Source: an uncultured Holophagales bacterium (GTDB lineage Bacteria > Acidobacteriota > Thermoanaerobaculia > UBA2201). From it: a DNA stretch of 64,000 bases. The notes beneath the pieces are model-generated. The model was not told where the DNA came from and searched no databases. It saw nothing but the letters and a program-made list of their open reading frames with translations. The stretch is from the NCBI GenBank assembly GCA_964603505.1, contig CAZRVT010000001.1:52215-116214 (forward strand), written 5' to 3'. The translations under genes and the position numbers were made by a program. This document shows positions 43,731-53,039 of this stretch, in pieces; position 1 is the first letter of the stretch, and each line of letters begins with the position of its first letter.

Positions 43731-44519
43731 GTGGTGAGCTTGCGCGTCCTGGGCATCGGCGACGTGGTGGGCAAGCCGGGCCGCAAGGCCCTGGCGGAGC
43801 ACCTCGGCCCGCTGATCCGGGAGCACGGGGTCCACCTGGTGGTGGCCAACATCGAGAACGCGGCCGGGGGGTTCGGGCCGGACCTCAAGACCATGCAGGA
43901 GCTGCTGGAGCTCCCCATCCATGTCTTCACCGCCGGCAGCCACGTGTGGGACAAGAAGGAGTTCGCCGCCGCCCTCGACCTCTACCCCATGGTCCTGCGC
44001 CCCGCCAACTACCCCCCCGGCAACCCCGGCCGGGGGCACATCGTCTGGCCCCTCCCCGACGGCCGGAAGGTGGCGGTGGTCCAGCTGGAGGGGCGCGTCT
44101 TCATGGACGCCCTCGACTGCCCCTTCCGCGCCCTCGACGCCCTCCTGGCCGAGCTCCCGCCGGAGGTCCCGCTCCTGGTGGACTTCCACGGCGAGGCCAC
44201 CTCGGAAAAGCAGGCCTTCGGCCACTACGCCGACGGCCGCGTCGCCGCCGTCTGGGGCACCCACACCCATGTCCCGACGGCCGATGCCCGCATCCTCCCC
44301 GGCGGCACCGCCTTCCTCACCGATGTCGGGATGTGCGGCGCCTACGACTCCGTCATCGGCTTCGACAAGGAGGTCATCGTCGGCAAGTTCCTGCGGCAGG
44401 CCCCCGTGCGGTTCGAGGTGGCCCGGGGAACGGGTCATCTCGCCGGCGTCCTCATCGACATCGACTACGCGACGAAAAAAGCCACCGCCATCCGTCCCCT
44501 GATGGTGCCGGCGCTGTAG
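43731..44519 (+). CDS. ymdB: YmdB-family metallophosphoesterase (2',3'-cNMP phosphodiesterase)
   Basis: LGIGDVVGKPGR, GHIVWPLPDG, DFHGEATSEK, GTHTHVPTAD calcineurin-like motifs. Conserved rny-ymdB linkage. Confidence 0.85.
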   Translation: MVSLRVLGIGDVVGKPGRKALAEHLGPLIREHGVHLVVANIENAAGGFGPDLKTMQELLELPIHVFTAGSHVWDKKEFAAALDLYPMVLRPANYPPGNPGRGHIVWPLPDGRKVAVVQLEGRVFMDALDCPFRALDALLAELPPEVPLLVDFHGEATSEKQAFGHYADGRVAAVWGTHTHVPTADARILPGGTAFLTDVGMCGAYDSVIGFDKEVIVGKFLRQAPVRFEVARGTGHLAGVLIDIDYATKKATAIRPLMVPAL

Positions 44520-44597
44520 CGGTGCCATGTCCCTCGGCGCTGCCGTTATCGTTTGCCGACTTCCCCCTTAAGGGCCGCCGAAACGCAGGGCCCCCTT

Positions 44598-44630
44598 TTC
44601 CTGATCCAAAGGCCGCCGGTTCGATGCCGG
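44598..44630 (+). other. tRNA-Arg 3'-end-like fragment (T-arm + acceptor 3' strand), not a complete tRNA
   Basis: aaaggccgccggttcgatgccggtcagcccccc versus the intact tRNA-Arg 3' part at 3114-3144 (aggccgccggttcgactccggccagcccca): about 25 of 28 identical, same orientation. No cloverleaf found upstream. Confidence 0.5.
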
Positions 44631-44734
44631 TCAGCCCCCCTCCCCTTCCTCCGCCCGGCCGCAAAAAAGCCCCCCGTGCGGAGGGCAAAGCATAGCAGGG
44701 TGTTCAACCCTGGCGTCGGGCCAGGAGGCGTTCG

Positions 44735-45976
44735 TCAGTTCACCGTCTGGCGGAGGGTCTTGCGGGCGACGCCGTAGAGCTCCTCGGGGGTGAAGGGCTT
44801 GGCCATGTAGTCGTCCGCGCCGCGCTTGATCGCGTCCACGGCCGTGTCCACGGAGGCGTAGCCGGTGACCATGACCACGGGGAGGTCGGGGTTGCCTTTC
44901 TTAATGGTGGACAGCAGATCCAGGCCGTTCTCGCTCCCCAGCTTCATGTCGAGAAGGACGAGATCGAAGGGTTCGGCGGCGAGCCGCTCCAGGGCCTCGC
45001 GGCCGTTGAAGGCCTCGGCGATGTCGTAGCCGCGGCGGGCGAGGGTCCGTCGGATGGAGTTGGCCACCACGGCCTCGTCGTCCACCACCAGGACCCGGGG
45101 GGCCTTCACCGAGGCCTTGGCCTCGCGGTAGTGGCTGACCACGGGGATGCCGGAGGGGCCGACGGAGGCGGCGTAGGCCTCGCCGGCGGCGGCGGAGAGC
45201 TCGGCGTAGGAGAAGGGCATGTCCACGTCCACCGGGTCCTCGATCTTGTCGTGCAGGGTCTGGTGCTGGGCGGCCTTCCGGCGCTCGGCGACCACCAGGG
45301 GGCACTCCTTCCCGGGGCAGACCCCCTTGCTGACGAACTTCTTGCACGAGCGCTGGCCGAGGGCGCAGAAGTCGGCGGCGACGGCGGGGCGCTTGGCCGG
45401 GGCCTGCACGACGGGGACGTCGGAGCGGGTGAGGTGTTCCACGTAGGCGGCGGAGGTGGCGTGGGCGACCTCGAGGGCGTCGAAGGGCAGATCGGCGTCG
45501 ATGGTCCCCCTCTCCGCGGGGACGGCGGGGACCTCGGCGAGGGCGCGCTTGACGGCGGCCTCCAGCTCCTCGGGGGTGAAGGGCTTGGGGAGAAAACCGG
45601 CGGCCCCGAGGCGGGTCGCCTCGACGGCGGTGGGGATGGTGGGGAACCCGGTGATCATCAGGAACGGCAGAGCCGGGGAGTTCTCCTTGACCATCTTGAG
45701 GAGTTCGAGGCCGCCCACCTGGGGCATCATCAGGTCGGCGATGATCATGTCCACCGACTCCTCGCGCTTGAGGACATCCAGGGCGTTGTGGACGCTCTGG
45801 GCCTGGGTGACGGCGAACCCGCGGCGCGTGAGGATCTTGTCGACGCTTTGGCAGATGCCGTTCTCGTCGTCCACGACGAGGATCCGGGTCTTCTTGGCGG
45901 TGGCGGCGCTTTCCATGTTCGGCTCCTTCGGTTCAGATTGGCTTCGGGCTTCCCCTCGGCGCTGAACCTTTTGCAT
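44735..45976 (-). CDS. Response regulator with two receiver (REC) domains joined by a Cys-rich linker
   Basis: REC1 (ILVVDDE..D..MP..GLELL..PFLMITGF..KP) and REC2 (VLVVDDE..DLVLLDMKLG..PVVMVTGY..KPF). Linker FCALGQRSCKKFVSKGVCPGKECP (C-x6-C-x8-C-x4-C). Possible alternative start at 45916. Confidence 0.8.
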   Translation of the reverse strand: MQKVQRRGEARSQSEPKEPNMESAATAKKTRILVVDDENGICQSVDKILTRRGFAVTQAQSVHNALDVLKREESVDMIIADLMMPQVGGLELLKMVKENSPALPFLMITGFPTIPTAVEATRLGAAGFLPKPFTPEELEAAVKRALAEVPAVPAERGTIDADLPFDALEVAHATSAAYVEHLTRSDVPVVQAPAKRPAVAADFCALGQRSCKKFVSKGVCPGKECPLVVAERRKAAQHQTLHDKIEDPVDVDMPFSYAELSAAAGEAYAASVGPSGIPVVSHYREAKASVKAPRVLVVDDEAVVANSIRRTLARRGYDIAEAFNGREALERLAAEPFDLVLLDMKLGSENGLDLLSTIKKGNPDLPVVMVTGYASVDTAVDAIKRGADDYMAKPFTPEELYGVARKTLRQTVN

Positions 45977-46223
45977 CGGTCATGCCAGATTTTCCCAGAG
46001 AGGGGATGAGCATGGCGCGCGATGGCCTGTATGCCTGATAATATTGATAGTTGCCTAATCTACGCCAAGGCGGCAGACACGACGATCCCACCCCGATGGT
46101 GCATGTTTTCACCATGCAGGGCTTGACGGCGACGGGAAGCCGATTGTTCGATTAGAGCTTATGGACCAGGCACTTACGATGGTGCATGCAGCCCCGATGC
46201 ACCCCCGGCCCGATTCTATGCAT

Positions 46224-47630
46224 TTACTCCGGGCGGTGCCCCTTGAGGCCGTGCTTGCGCATCAGCGCCTGGAAGTTCTGCCGCTGCATCCCCACGTCCC
46301 GGGCGGCGTGGCTGACGTTCCAGCCGTTCCGCTCCAGGGCCTCGTGCACGAAGATCCGCTCGAGGTCGTCCACCACCTGCTCCCGCTGCTTGCGCTTCAT
46401 CTCCAGGAACTCCTCGTTGGTGCGGGGGACGACGAAGGCGCCGGGCTGGCCTTGCGTGTAGACGGTGGTGGGGAGGTGGCGGGGCTCGAGGACGCCGCCG
46501 TCGAGGGTGATGAGGGCCCCCTCGAGGACGTGCTCGAGCTGGCGGACGTTGCCCGGCCAGTCGTAGTTCTCGAGCGTCAGGAGGGTGGCCTCGGAAAGGG
46601 TGGGGACGGGGCGCCCCGCCCGACCGGCGAGCTTCCGTATGAAATGATAGGCCAGGAGGGGGATGTCCTCCCTGCGCTCGCGCAGCGGGGGGAGGAGGAT
46701 CGGGAACACATGGAGGCGGTAGTAGAGGTCCTCCCGGAAGGTCCCCTCGCCCACCATCTTCGCGAGGTCGCGGTTGGTGGCGAAGACGAGGCGGGTGTCC
46801 ACCTTTCGCACCTGGGTGTCCCCCAGCGGGAGGAACTCCCGCTCCTGGATGAAGCGCAGGAGCTTCCCTTGCACCTCCAGGTCCACGTTGCAGATCTCGT
46901 CGAGGAAAACGGTCCCCCGATCGGCCGCCTCCATGATCCCCCGCTTGTGGGCCACGGCCCCCGTGAAGGCTCCCTTGACGTGCCCGAAGAGATCGCTCTG
47001 GAGCAGCTCCGCCGACAGGGTGCCGCAGTCAACGGCGAAGAAGGGTTTCTCCCGCCGCGGGCTGAGGGCGTGGACCGCCCGGGCGACCAGCTCCTTGCCC
47101 GTGCCGCTCTCCCCCACGATGAGGACGGTGGAGGGGGTGGGGGCCACCTGGCGGATCATCCGGTACACCTCCTGCATCCGGTGCGACCGGCCCACGAGCC
47201 CCTGGAACTCGACGGCGGGGGTCCCCTCGGCCAGGGCCCGCTGGTCGAGGATGCGCCGGCGCCGCTCCCACGCCTTGTCGGCCACGGCCAGGAGCTCCTC
47301 GGCGGTGAACGGCTTGGGGAGGTAGTCGAAGGCCCCCACCTTCATCGTCTCCACCACGGAGGCGATGGTGGCGTAGCCGGTGATGACCACGGCGACGATG
47401 TCGGGGTGCCGGGTGCGCAGGGCGTCCAGCAGCTCCATTCCCCCCATCTCCACCATCTTCAGGTCGGTGAACACGAGGTCGAAGGGCTCCTGCTCCAGCA
47501 ACGCCAGCGCCTGCTTCCCGGAGAGGGCGGTGCGCACGGCGAAGCCCCCCCGGACGAGGACCTTTTCGCAGCTCTTGCCGATGGTCATCTCGTCGTCGAC
47601 GACGAGGACGCGGGGGACGTTCGCCTCCAT
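46224..47630 (-). CDS. Sigma54-dependent response regulator (NtrC family)
   Basis: REC (VLVVDDE..DLVFTDLKM), AAA+ sigma54 module (GESGTGKE, GAFTGA, ESELFG-like QSDLFG), C-terminal HTH. Start ATG at 47630 shares one nt with the HK stop. Confidence 0.9.
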   Translation of the reverse strand: MEANVPRVLVVDDEMTIGKSCEKVLVRGGFAVRTALSGKQALALLEQEPFDLVFTDLKMVEMGGMELLDALRTRHPDIVAVVITGYATIASVVETMKVGAFDYLPKPFTAEELLAVADKAWERRRRILDQRALAEGTPAVEFQGLVGRSHRMQEVYRMIRQVAPTPSTVLIVGESGTGKELVARAVHALSPRREKPFFAVDCGTLSAELLQSDLFGHVKGAFTGAVAHKRGIMEAADRGTVFLDEICNVDLEVQGKLLRFIQEREFLPLGDTQVRKVDTRLVFATNRDLAKMVGEGTFREDLYYRLHVFPILLPPLRERREDIPLLAYHFIRKLAGRAGRPVPTLSEATLLTLENYDWPGNVRQLEHVLEGALITLDGGVLEPRHLPTTVYTQGQPGAFVVPRTNEEFLEMKRKQREQVVDDLERIFVHEALERNGWNVSHAARDVGMQRQNFQALMRKHGLKGHRPE

Positions 47631-49609
47631 CAGACCGGCCCCTCGGGCAGGGACAGGGTGATGGTGGTGCCATGCCCCACGCGGCTTTCCACCCGGATCT
47701 CGCCCCCGTGCCGCTCCAGGATGCCGTAGGCGATGGCCAGTCCCAGCCCCGTCCCGGTGGCCTTGGTGGTGAAGAAGGGCTCGAAGAGCTTGTCCTTGAT
47801 GTCGTCGGGGATGCCGGGCCCGGTGTCGCGGAAGGCCACCTCGATCCGGCCGCGGGCGGGGTCCCGCCGGGAGCCGATGTGGAGCGCCCCCCCCTGGGCC
47901 ATGGCCTCGGAGGCGTTGAGGACGATGTTCAGGACCACCTGCCGCATCTGGTCCTGGTCGGTCATCAGGGTCGGGAGGGCGGGGTCCAGGGCGGTGGTGA
48001 TCGCGATGTTCCGAAACGAGGCCTGGTTCCGCACCAGGGCCAGGACGTCCTCCACCACCCGGTTGAGCGAGGTGGCCGTCTTCTGCGGCGGGGTCTGCCG
48101 GGCGAAGTCGAGAAGCCCCTTGACGATCTTGCGGCACCGGAGGGTCTCGTCGACGATGGTCTGGAGGTCGGGGCGCCGGGGGTCGTCGGCCGGGAGGTCC
48201 TCGAGCATCAGGGAGGCGTTGGTGAGGATGCCGGTGAGGGGGTTGTTGATCTCGTGGGCCACGCCGGCGGCCAGCTTGCCGACGGCGGCCAGCTTCTCGG
48301 TCTGGAAGAGCTGGGCTTGCATGGCTTTCAGCTCGGCGGTGCGCTGCTCCACCTTCTGCTCCAGGGTCTCGGTCCACCCCTTGAGGGCCTGGTGGGTGTC
48401 CTGCAGTTCGGCCACCATCCGGTTGAACGCGTGGGCCAGGTGGGCGATCTCGTCGGTCCCCCGCACCGGCACCCGCTGGGCGTAGTCCCCCGTCGCCACC
48501 TCGTCGGCGGCCCGCGCCATCGCGGCGACGGGCCGGGCGATCTTCTGGGCCACGCGCGTAGCGACGATGATCAGGAGGACCACCCCCAGGGCGGCGATCC
48601 CCAGGAAGAGCGCCAGGGAGCGATGGAGGCCGTCCCGGTAGGGCTTCTCCAGGAGCCCGACGTAGAGCATCCCCACGGTCCGGTCCTCGAGGTTCTTGAG
48701 GGGGGCGTACGCGGAGAGGTACCAGTCGTTGACGACGAAGGCGCGCCCCCGCCAGGTCTCCCCCCGATCCAGGACCGCCTCCGCCACCTCCGCCGAGACG
48801 CGGGTGGCGATGGCCCGGGCCCCGTCGGCCCCCTTGACGTTGGTGCTGACGCGGACGTCCCCCTGGAAGATGGTGACGGTGCCGGTCTCGCGCCCCCGGT
48901 AGAGGGCGTCCTTAAAGACCACGGTGCGCACCTTGTCCACAAGGGTGTAGTTGCGGTTGAGGAGGTTCCCCCCGACGAGGGCCCCCAGAAACCGCTTGGA
49001 GGGGGTGAAAACGGGGGCGCCCCCCTTGAGCATCAGCCCCGCCGTGAGGCGCTTCTGGTCCGTGGGCCGGGCATGGGGGGTGGGGGCCAGGTCCATGGCG
49101 GCCTGCATCGCCAGGGCCTCCGAGGCGCGCCGCAACTCCTCCTCGCCGATGACCTCGGTGCTGGCCACGGGGCTCCGGCGCGCCAGGACCTCCTGGACCG
49201 TGGGGTCGGCCCGGACGTCGTCGCCGGAAAGCTCCGGGTTGGCCGCCCGGAAGACCACCGTCCCCTGGGCGTCCACCAGGGTGAGCACGTCCAAGCCCTC
49301 CTCGGCCCGGATGCGCTCCAGCTCCGGCCCCAGGTCCGCCCGATCCCCCTCGGAGAGGGCCCGGTAGAGGACCATGCGCGTGGCGTGGATCCGCAGGGTG
49401 TCCTTGAGCCGGTCGAGGGCGTTGGCGTAAATCTCCTTGGCCGATTCCAGATCGGAGTTGATCTTGGACTGGGCCTGGCCGTAGACGTGCTTCTTGATGG
49501 TCTGCACCCCCACGATGGTGGTGATGAGGGCGGGGACCAGGATGGCGACCGCGAAGGAGAGGATGAGGCGGGCCCGGAGGCTGCTCCGGATGAGCGACTG
49601 GAGGGTCAC
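47630..49609 (-). CDS. Sensor histidine kinase (periplasmic Cache-like sensor, HAMP, HisKA, HATPase_c)
   Basis: Two TM segments flanking a ~300-aa sensor domain. H-box AAGVAHEINNPL, N-box LNIVLNASEA, DTGPGIP, GTGLGLAI. ATGA overlap with the upstream hydrogenase maturation protease gene. Confidence 0.85.
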   Translation of the reverse strand: MTLQSLIRSSLRARLILSFAVAILVPALITTIVGVQTIKKHVYGQAQSKINSDLESAKEIYANALDRLKDTLRIHATRMVLYRALSEGDRADLGPELERIRAEEGLDVLTLVDAQGTVVFRAANPELSGDDVRADPTVQEVLARRSPVASTEVIGEEELRRASEALAMQAAMDLAPTPHARPTDQKRLTAGLMLKGGAPVFTPSKRFLGALVGGNLLNRNYTLVDKVRTVVFKDALYRGRETGTVTIFQGDVRVSTNVKGADGARAIATRVSAEVAEAVLDRGETWRGRAFVVNDWYLSAYAPLKNLEDRTVGMLYVGLLEKPYRDGLHRSLALFLGIAALGVVLLIIVATRVAQKIARPVAAMARAADEVATGDYAQRVPVRGTDEIAHLAHAFNRMVAELQDTHQALKGWTETLEQKVEQRTAELKAMQAQLFQTEKLAAVGKLAAGVAHEINNPLTGILTNASLMLEDLPADDPRRPDLQTIVDETLRCRKIVKGLLDFARQTPPQKTATSLNRVVEDVLALVRNQASFRNIAITTALDPALPTLMTDQDQMRQVVLNIVLNASEAMAQGGALHIGSRRDPARGRIEVAFRDTGPGIPDDIKDKLFEPFFTTKATGTGLGLAIAYGILERHGGEIRVESRVGHGTTITLSLPEGPV

Positions 49610-50097
49610 TCGCCCATCCCGGGGGCCCCGAGCCAGCGGTCGACGACGCGCCGGCCGCGGTCCACGTACGCCGGCAGGGCCCGGGCCACCTTTTCCGTCA
49701 ACCCTTCCTCGATGAGGAAGGGGTCCTCCACCTCCATGGCCAGAATCACCAGCTCGTCCGGAATGGGCAGGCCCATCCGCCGCGCGATCTCCATGGCCAT
49801 GGGGAGGCCGATGTAGTGGGGGGAGGGGGACGGGACCGGGGCCAGCGACGCGATGCCGAACTCCTTGATGGTGCCCGGCTCCTCCCCCTGCTGGATGGCG
49901 TCGAGGACGAGGACCCGGCGGTAGGGCACGAGGTGGTCGAGCAGGCCGAGGCTGGACTCCGGGGCCTCCACGACGTCCACCCGGCCGCGATAGTGCGCGT
50001 CCAGGGCGCGGCCGGCGTAGAGGCCGAGGCCGTCGTCCTTCAACTGCTCGTTGCCGAGGGCGAGAACCAATATATCCTTGCGGTCGTCGGTCGTCAT
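49606..50097 (-). CDS. Hydrogenase maturation endopeptidase (HyaD/HybD/FrhD family)
   Basis: VLALGNEQLKDDGLG motif with conserved Asp and His ligands; 163 aa. Confidence 0.85.
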   Translation of the reverse strand: MTTDDRKDILVLALGNEQLKDDGLGLYAGRALDAHYRGRVDVVEAPESSLGLLDHLVPYRRVLVLDAIQQGEEPGTIKEFGIASLAPVPSPSPHYIGLPMAMEIARRMGLPIPDELVILAMEVEDPFLIEEGLTEKVARALPAYVDRGRRVVDRWLGAPGMGE

Positions 50098-50152
50098 GAA
50101 AAGACCGTCTTGGGTCTTCTTCGGCCTTCCGCCTGCGGCCTTTAGCCCGTGC

Positions 50153-51613
50153 CTACGTGTTGAACTCCCGCACCTTTTCCCCGCGGTGGTCGTAGATCCG
50201 AACCGAGAGCGGATAGTGCCCCGGCAGGGTGTGGGTGCCGCAGCCGTGGCAGGGGTCGTAGGCGCGGTAGGTCATCTCCACCATGTTGAGGATCCCGTCG
50301 TCCGCCTTGCCCCCCTTGATGAAGGCCTTGGCGGAGCGCTGAAGCCCCAGGTTCATGGCGGCGGAGTTGTGCTGGGTGGCCACGATGATGTTGGCCTTCT
50401 CGATGATGCCGTTGGGGTCGGTTGTGTAGTGGTGGATGAGCAGGCCGCGCGGCGCCTCCACGATGCCGACGCCCTCCTCGGGGGTCCGGGACGGGATGGC
50501 GCGCACCTTGGGGTCCAGGATCTCGGGGTCGTGGGCCAGCTCTTTGATATGCTCGGCCGCGTAGAGGGCTTCGATGAGGCGAGCCCAATGGTAGGCCAGG
50601 GTGAAGTGGACCGGCCTGCCGCCCAGCGTCGCGTACATCTTCTCGTATTCGGCCTGGGCCAGCGGGGTGGCCATGCCGTCGGAGGCGTTGAGCCGGGCGA
50701 GGGGGGCGGTGCGGTAGACGCCGCTCTCCTCGCCGTCCTTCCACCCCTGCCAGCCGACCTTCTTGAGGAACGGGAACTTGATGTAGCTCCAGGGTTCCAC
50801 GTGCTCCCCGATGTGCTCGGTGTACTCGGGGCTGCGGAACTTGTTGAACTCCTTCCCCGCGGGGGTGACCGTGCGGATCATCCCGTCGTAGAAGTTGACC
50901 TTGTTGGCCCCGTCCACCATGCCGATGTAGTAGGTCTTGTTGATGTAGGCGTCGCCGGTGATCAAACCGACGTAGTCCTTGTTCTTGAGGACGATGTCGT
51001 TGAAGGCCTGGAGGGAGAAGAGGGCGAAGTCCACGCCGGCGGCGGCGACCGCCTGCAGGTTGGCCAGGTCGTCCTTCTTGAAGGGCTTGGTCACGCCGCC
51101 GGGAAGTCCGAGGACGGGATGCACCGCCTTGCCTCCCATCCGGGTCATGATGTCGCGCAGTTCGCGGCGGATCTTGATCACCTTGCCGCCGATCTCCAGC
51201 CCCACCTTCCCCAGCACCCCGACGATGTTGCGCTCGGCCCGGGGGGCCGCGGGGCCCACGATGAAGTCGGGGCCGCCGAGGTAGTAGAAGTGGAGGGTGT
51301 GGTCCTCGAGCATGAAGATGGAGTAGAAGAGGTCGCGGAGCTTCTGGGCGGCCGGGGGCGGGTCCACCTTGAAGAGGGCGTCGAGCGCCTTGGTGGAGGC
51401 CATGTGGTGGGCCGTGGGGCAGACGCCGCAGATGCGCTGGGTGATGCGCGGCATCTCTTCGGCGGCCCGCCCGACGCAGAACTGCTCGAATCCCCGCAGC
51501 TCGGGGATCTGCAGGTAGGCGTTTGCCACGTCGCCCTTATCGTCGAGGAAGATCTCGATCTTGCCGTGGCCCTCGAGGCGGGTGATGGGGTCGATGGTGA
51601 TGCGCTTTTCCAT
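50153..51613 (-). CDS. mvhA: [NiFe]-hydrogenase large subunit, group 3 (MvhA-like)
   Basis: N-terminal RxEGHG, L1 CGVC, C-terminal DPCHGCGTH followed by a short extension (protease substrate). Confidence 0.9.
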   Translation of the reverse strand: MEKRITIDPITRLEGHGKIEIFLDDKGDVANAYLQIPELRGFEQFCVGRAAEEMPRITQRICGVCPTAHHMASTKALDALFKVDPPPAAQKLRDLFYSIFMLEDHTLHFYYLGGPDFIVGPAAPRAERNIVGVLGKVGLEIGGKVIKIRRELRDIMTRMGGKAVHPVLGLPGGVTKPFKKDDLANLQAVAAAGVDFALFSLQAFNDIVLKNKDYVGLITGDAYINKTYYIGMVDGANKVNFYDGMIRTVTPAGKEFNKFRSPEYTEHIGEHVEPWSYIKFPFLKKVGWQGWKDGEESGVYRTAPLARLNASDGMATPLAQAEYEKMYATLGGRPVHFTLAYHWARLIEALYAAEHIKELAHDPEILDPKVRAIPSRTPEEGVGIVEAPRGLLIHHYTTDPNGIIEKANIIVATQHNSAAMNLGLQRSAKAFIKGGKADDGILNMVEMTYRAYDPCHGCGTHTLPGHYPLSVRIYDHRGEKVREFNT

Positions 51614-51628
51614 GGGCGTTCTCCTCGG

Positions 51629-52588
51629 TCAGACCTTGCGCTTGAGGTACGATTTGGACATCGAGTAGCGGTAGAAGGTGCCGGCGGGATCGGGGATGGA
51701 CTCGACGAGCTTGGCGATGGCCTCGTCCTCCTTGGCGTCGAACAGGGAGGCGAGGGCCGAGACGAACTTGGCCCCCTGGTCCGTGACGCCGTCGATGGGA
51801 CCCATGCAGCCCCGGCAGGGGCTGTTGCCGTGGATGCAACGCTCGTCGCATCCGCCCCGGGTGACGGGGCCCATGCAGATGACCCCTTGGGCCAGGAAGC
51901 ACTTCTCCTCGTCCAGCTCGATCTCGTGGGGCCGGTAGAACTTGGTGATGGAGAGCTTCTCCGGCTTGGTCTTGTTCCGCTCGCAGGTGTCGCAATTGGT
52001 GCGGTTGGGGGCCAGCACCGCCCCCTTGGGGGGGAGCTTGCCCTCCAGCAGGGCCTGGACGGCCGCCATGAAGAGGGCCGGCGGGACGGTGCAGCCGGGC
52101 AGGTAGTAGTCCACGTCGATGACCTGGTCGAGGGCGTACACCTGCTCCCACAGTTTCGGAAGGGTGAGCGTCCCCTCGGCGACCTTCGTCTCCTCCTGGG
52201 GGTACACCTTCGCGGGGTTGACGGAAGAGACGGTGTCCACGTAGGCGGTCTTCATGATCTCGGCCTTGGTGGTGAAGTTGGCCAGGGCCGGGATGCCGCC
52301 CAGGTGGGCGCAGGAGCCGAACGCCACCACGACCTGCGACTTCCTCCGGAGGAGGTGGACCATCTCCTCCTGCTCGGAGGAGCGGATGGCCCCGTTGATG
52401 AACGCCACGGTGATGGCCCCGTCGGCCATCGCCTCCAGGTCCTCCCGCTTGAAGTCCATGGCGCAAGGCCAGAAGACGATGTCCACGGCCGCGACGACCT
52501 TGAGGACCTCCTCGGCCAGGTCCACGACGGTCTCCTCGCACCCCCCGCAGGAGGCGCACCAGTAAAAGGCGACCTTCGGCTTAGCCAT
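51629..52588 (-). CDS. mvhG: [NiFe]-hydrogenase small subunit, group 3c (MvhG-like)
   Basis: CASCGGCEE proximal-cluster motif, further Cys clusters (CDTCERN, CMGPVTRGGCDERC, CRGCMGP). Confidence 0.85.
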   Translation of the reverse strand: MAKPKVAFYWCASCGGCEETVVDLAEEVLKVVAAVDIVFWPCAMDFKREDLEAMADGAITVAFINGAIRSSEQEEMVHLLRRKSQVVVAFGSCAHLGGIPALANFTTKAEIMKTAYVDTVSSVNPAKVYPQEETKVAEGTLTLPKLWEQVYALDQVIDVDYYLPGCTVPPALFMAAVQALLEGKLPPKGAVLAPNRTNCDTCERNKTKPEKLSITKFYRPHEIELDEEKCFLAQGVICMGPVTRGGCDERCIHGNSPCRGCMGPIDGVTDQGAKFVSALASLFDAKEDEAIAKLVESIPDPAGTFYRYSMSKSYLKRKV

Positions 52589-53030
52589 GCACGACCTCCT
52601 TCCGGACCTTCGAGGGCCCGAGGGCGCGGATCTGCTCGGTGAACTCGTTGACGACGTGCTGGAACTTGTCCCCCTCGGCCGCCGAGATCCACTCGAGGCG
52701 GAACCGCTCGGGCTCGATGCCGAACTGGGGGAGCATCCTCTTCAGGAGGTGGTAGCGCCGCAGGGCCTTGAAGTTCCCCTCCTGGTAGTGGCAGTCGGAG
52801 GGGGTGTGGCAGCCGGCCACCAGGACGGCGTCGGCCCCCTCGGCGAAGGCCTTCATGACGAACTGGCTGTCCACCCGCCCGGAGCACATGACGCGGATGG
52901 GCCGCACGTTGGGCAGGTATTTCATGCGGGCGGTCCCGGCCAGATCGGCGCCGGTGTACGAGCACCAGTTGCACAGGAACGCCACGATGCGGGGCTCGAA
53001 CGCATGGGCTTGGGATGTCGCGCTCATCAC
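52581..53030 (-). CDS. mvhD: MvhD/FlpD-type hydrogenase iron-sulfur subunit
   Basis: RIVAFLCNWCSY..VMCSGRVD..VLVAGCH MvhD signature; 149 aa. Confidence 0.85.
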   Translation of the reverse strand: MMSATSQAHAFEPRIVAFLCNWCSYTGADLAGTARMKYLPNVRPIRVMCSGRVDSQFVMKAFAEGADAVLVAGCHTPSDCHYQEGNFKALRRYHLLKRMLPQFGIEPERFRLEWISAAEGDKFQHVVNEFTEQIRALGPSKVRKEVVHG

Positions 53031-53039
53031 ATATCCCTC

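Noticed and set aside
44560-44640. Complete second tRNA gene
   Set aside because: Only the T-arm/acceptor 3' portion is present; no D-arm or anticodon arm can be folded upstream.
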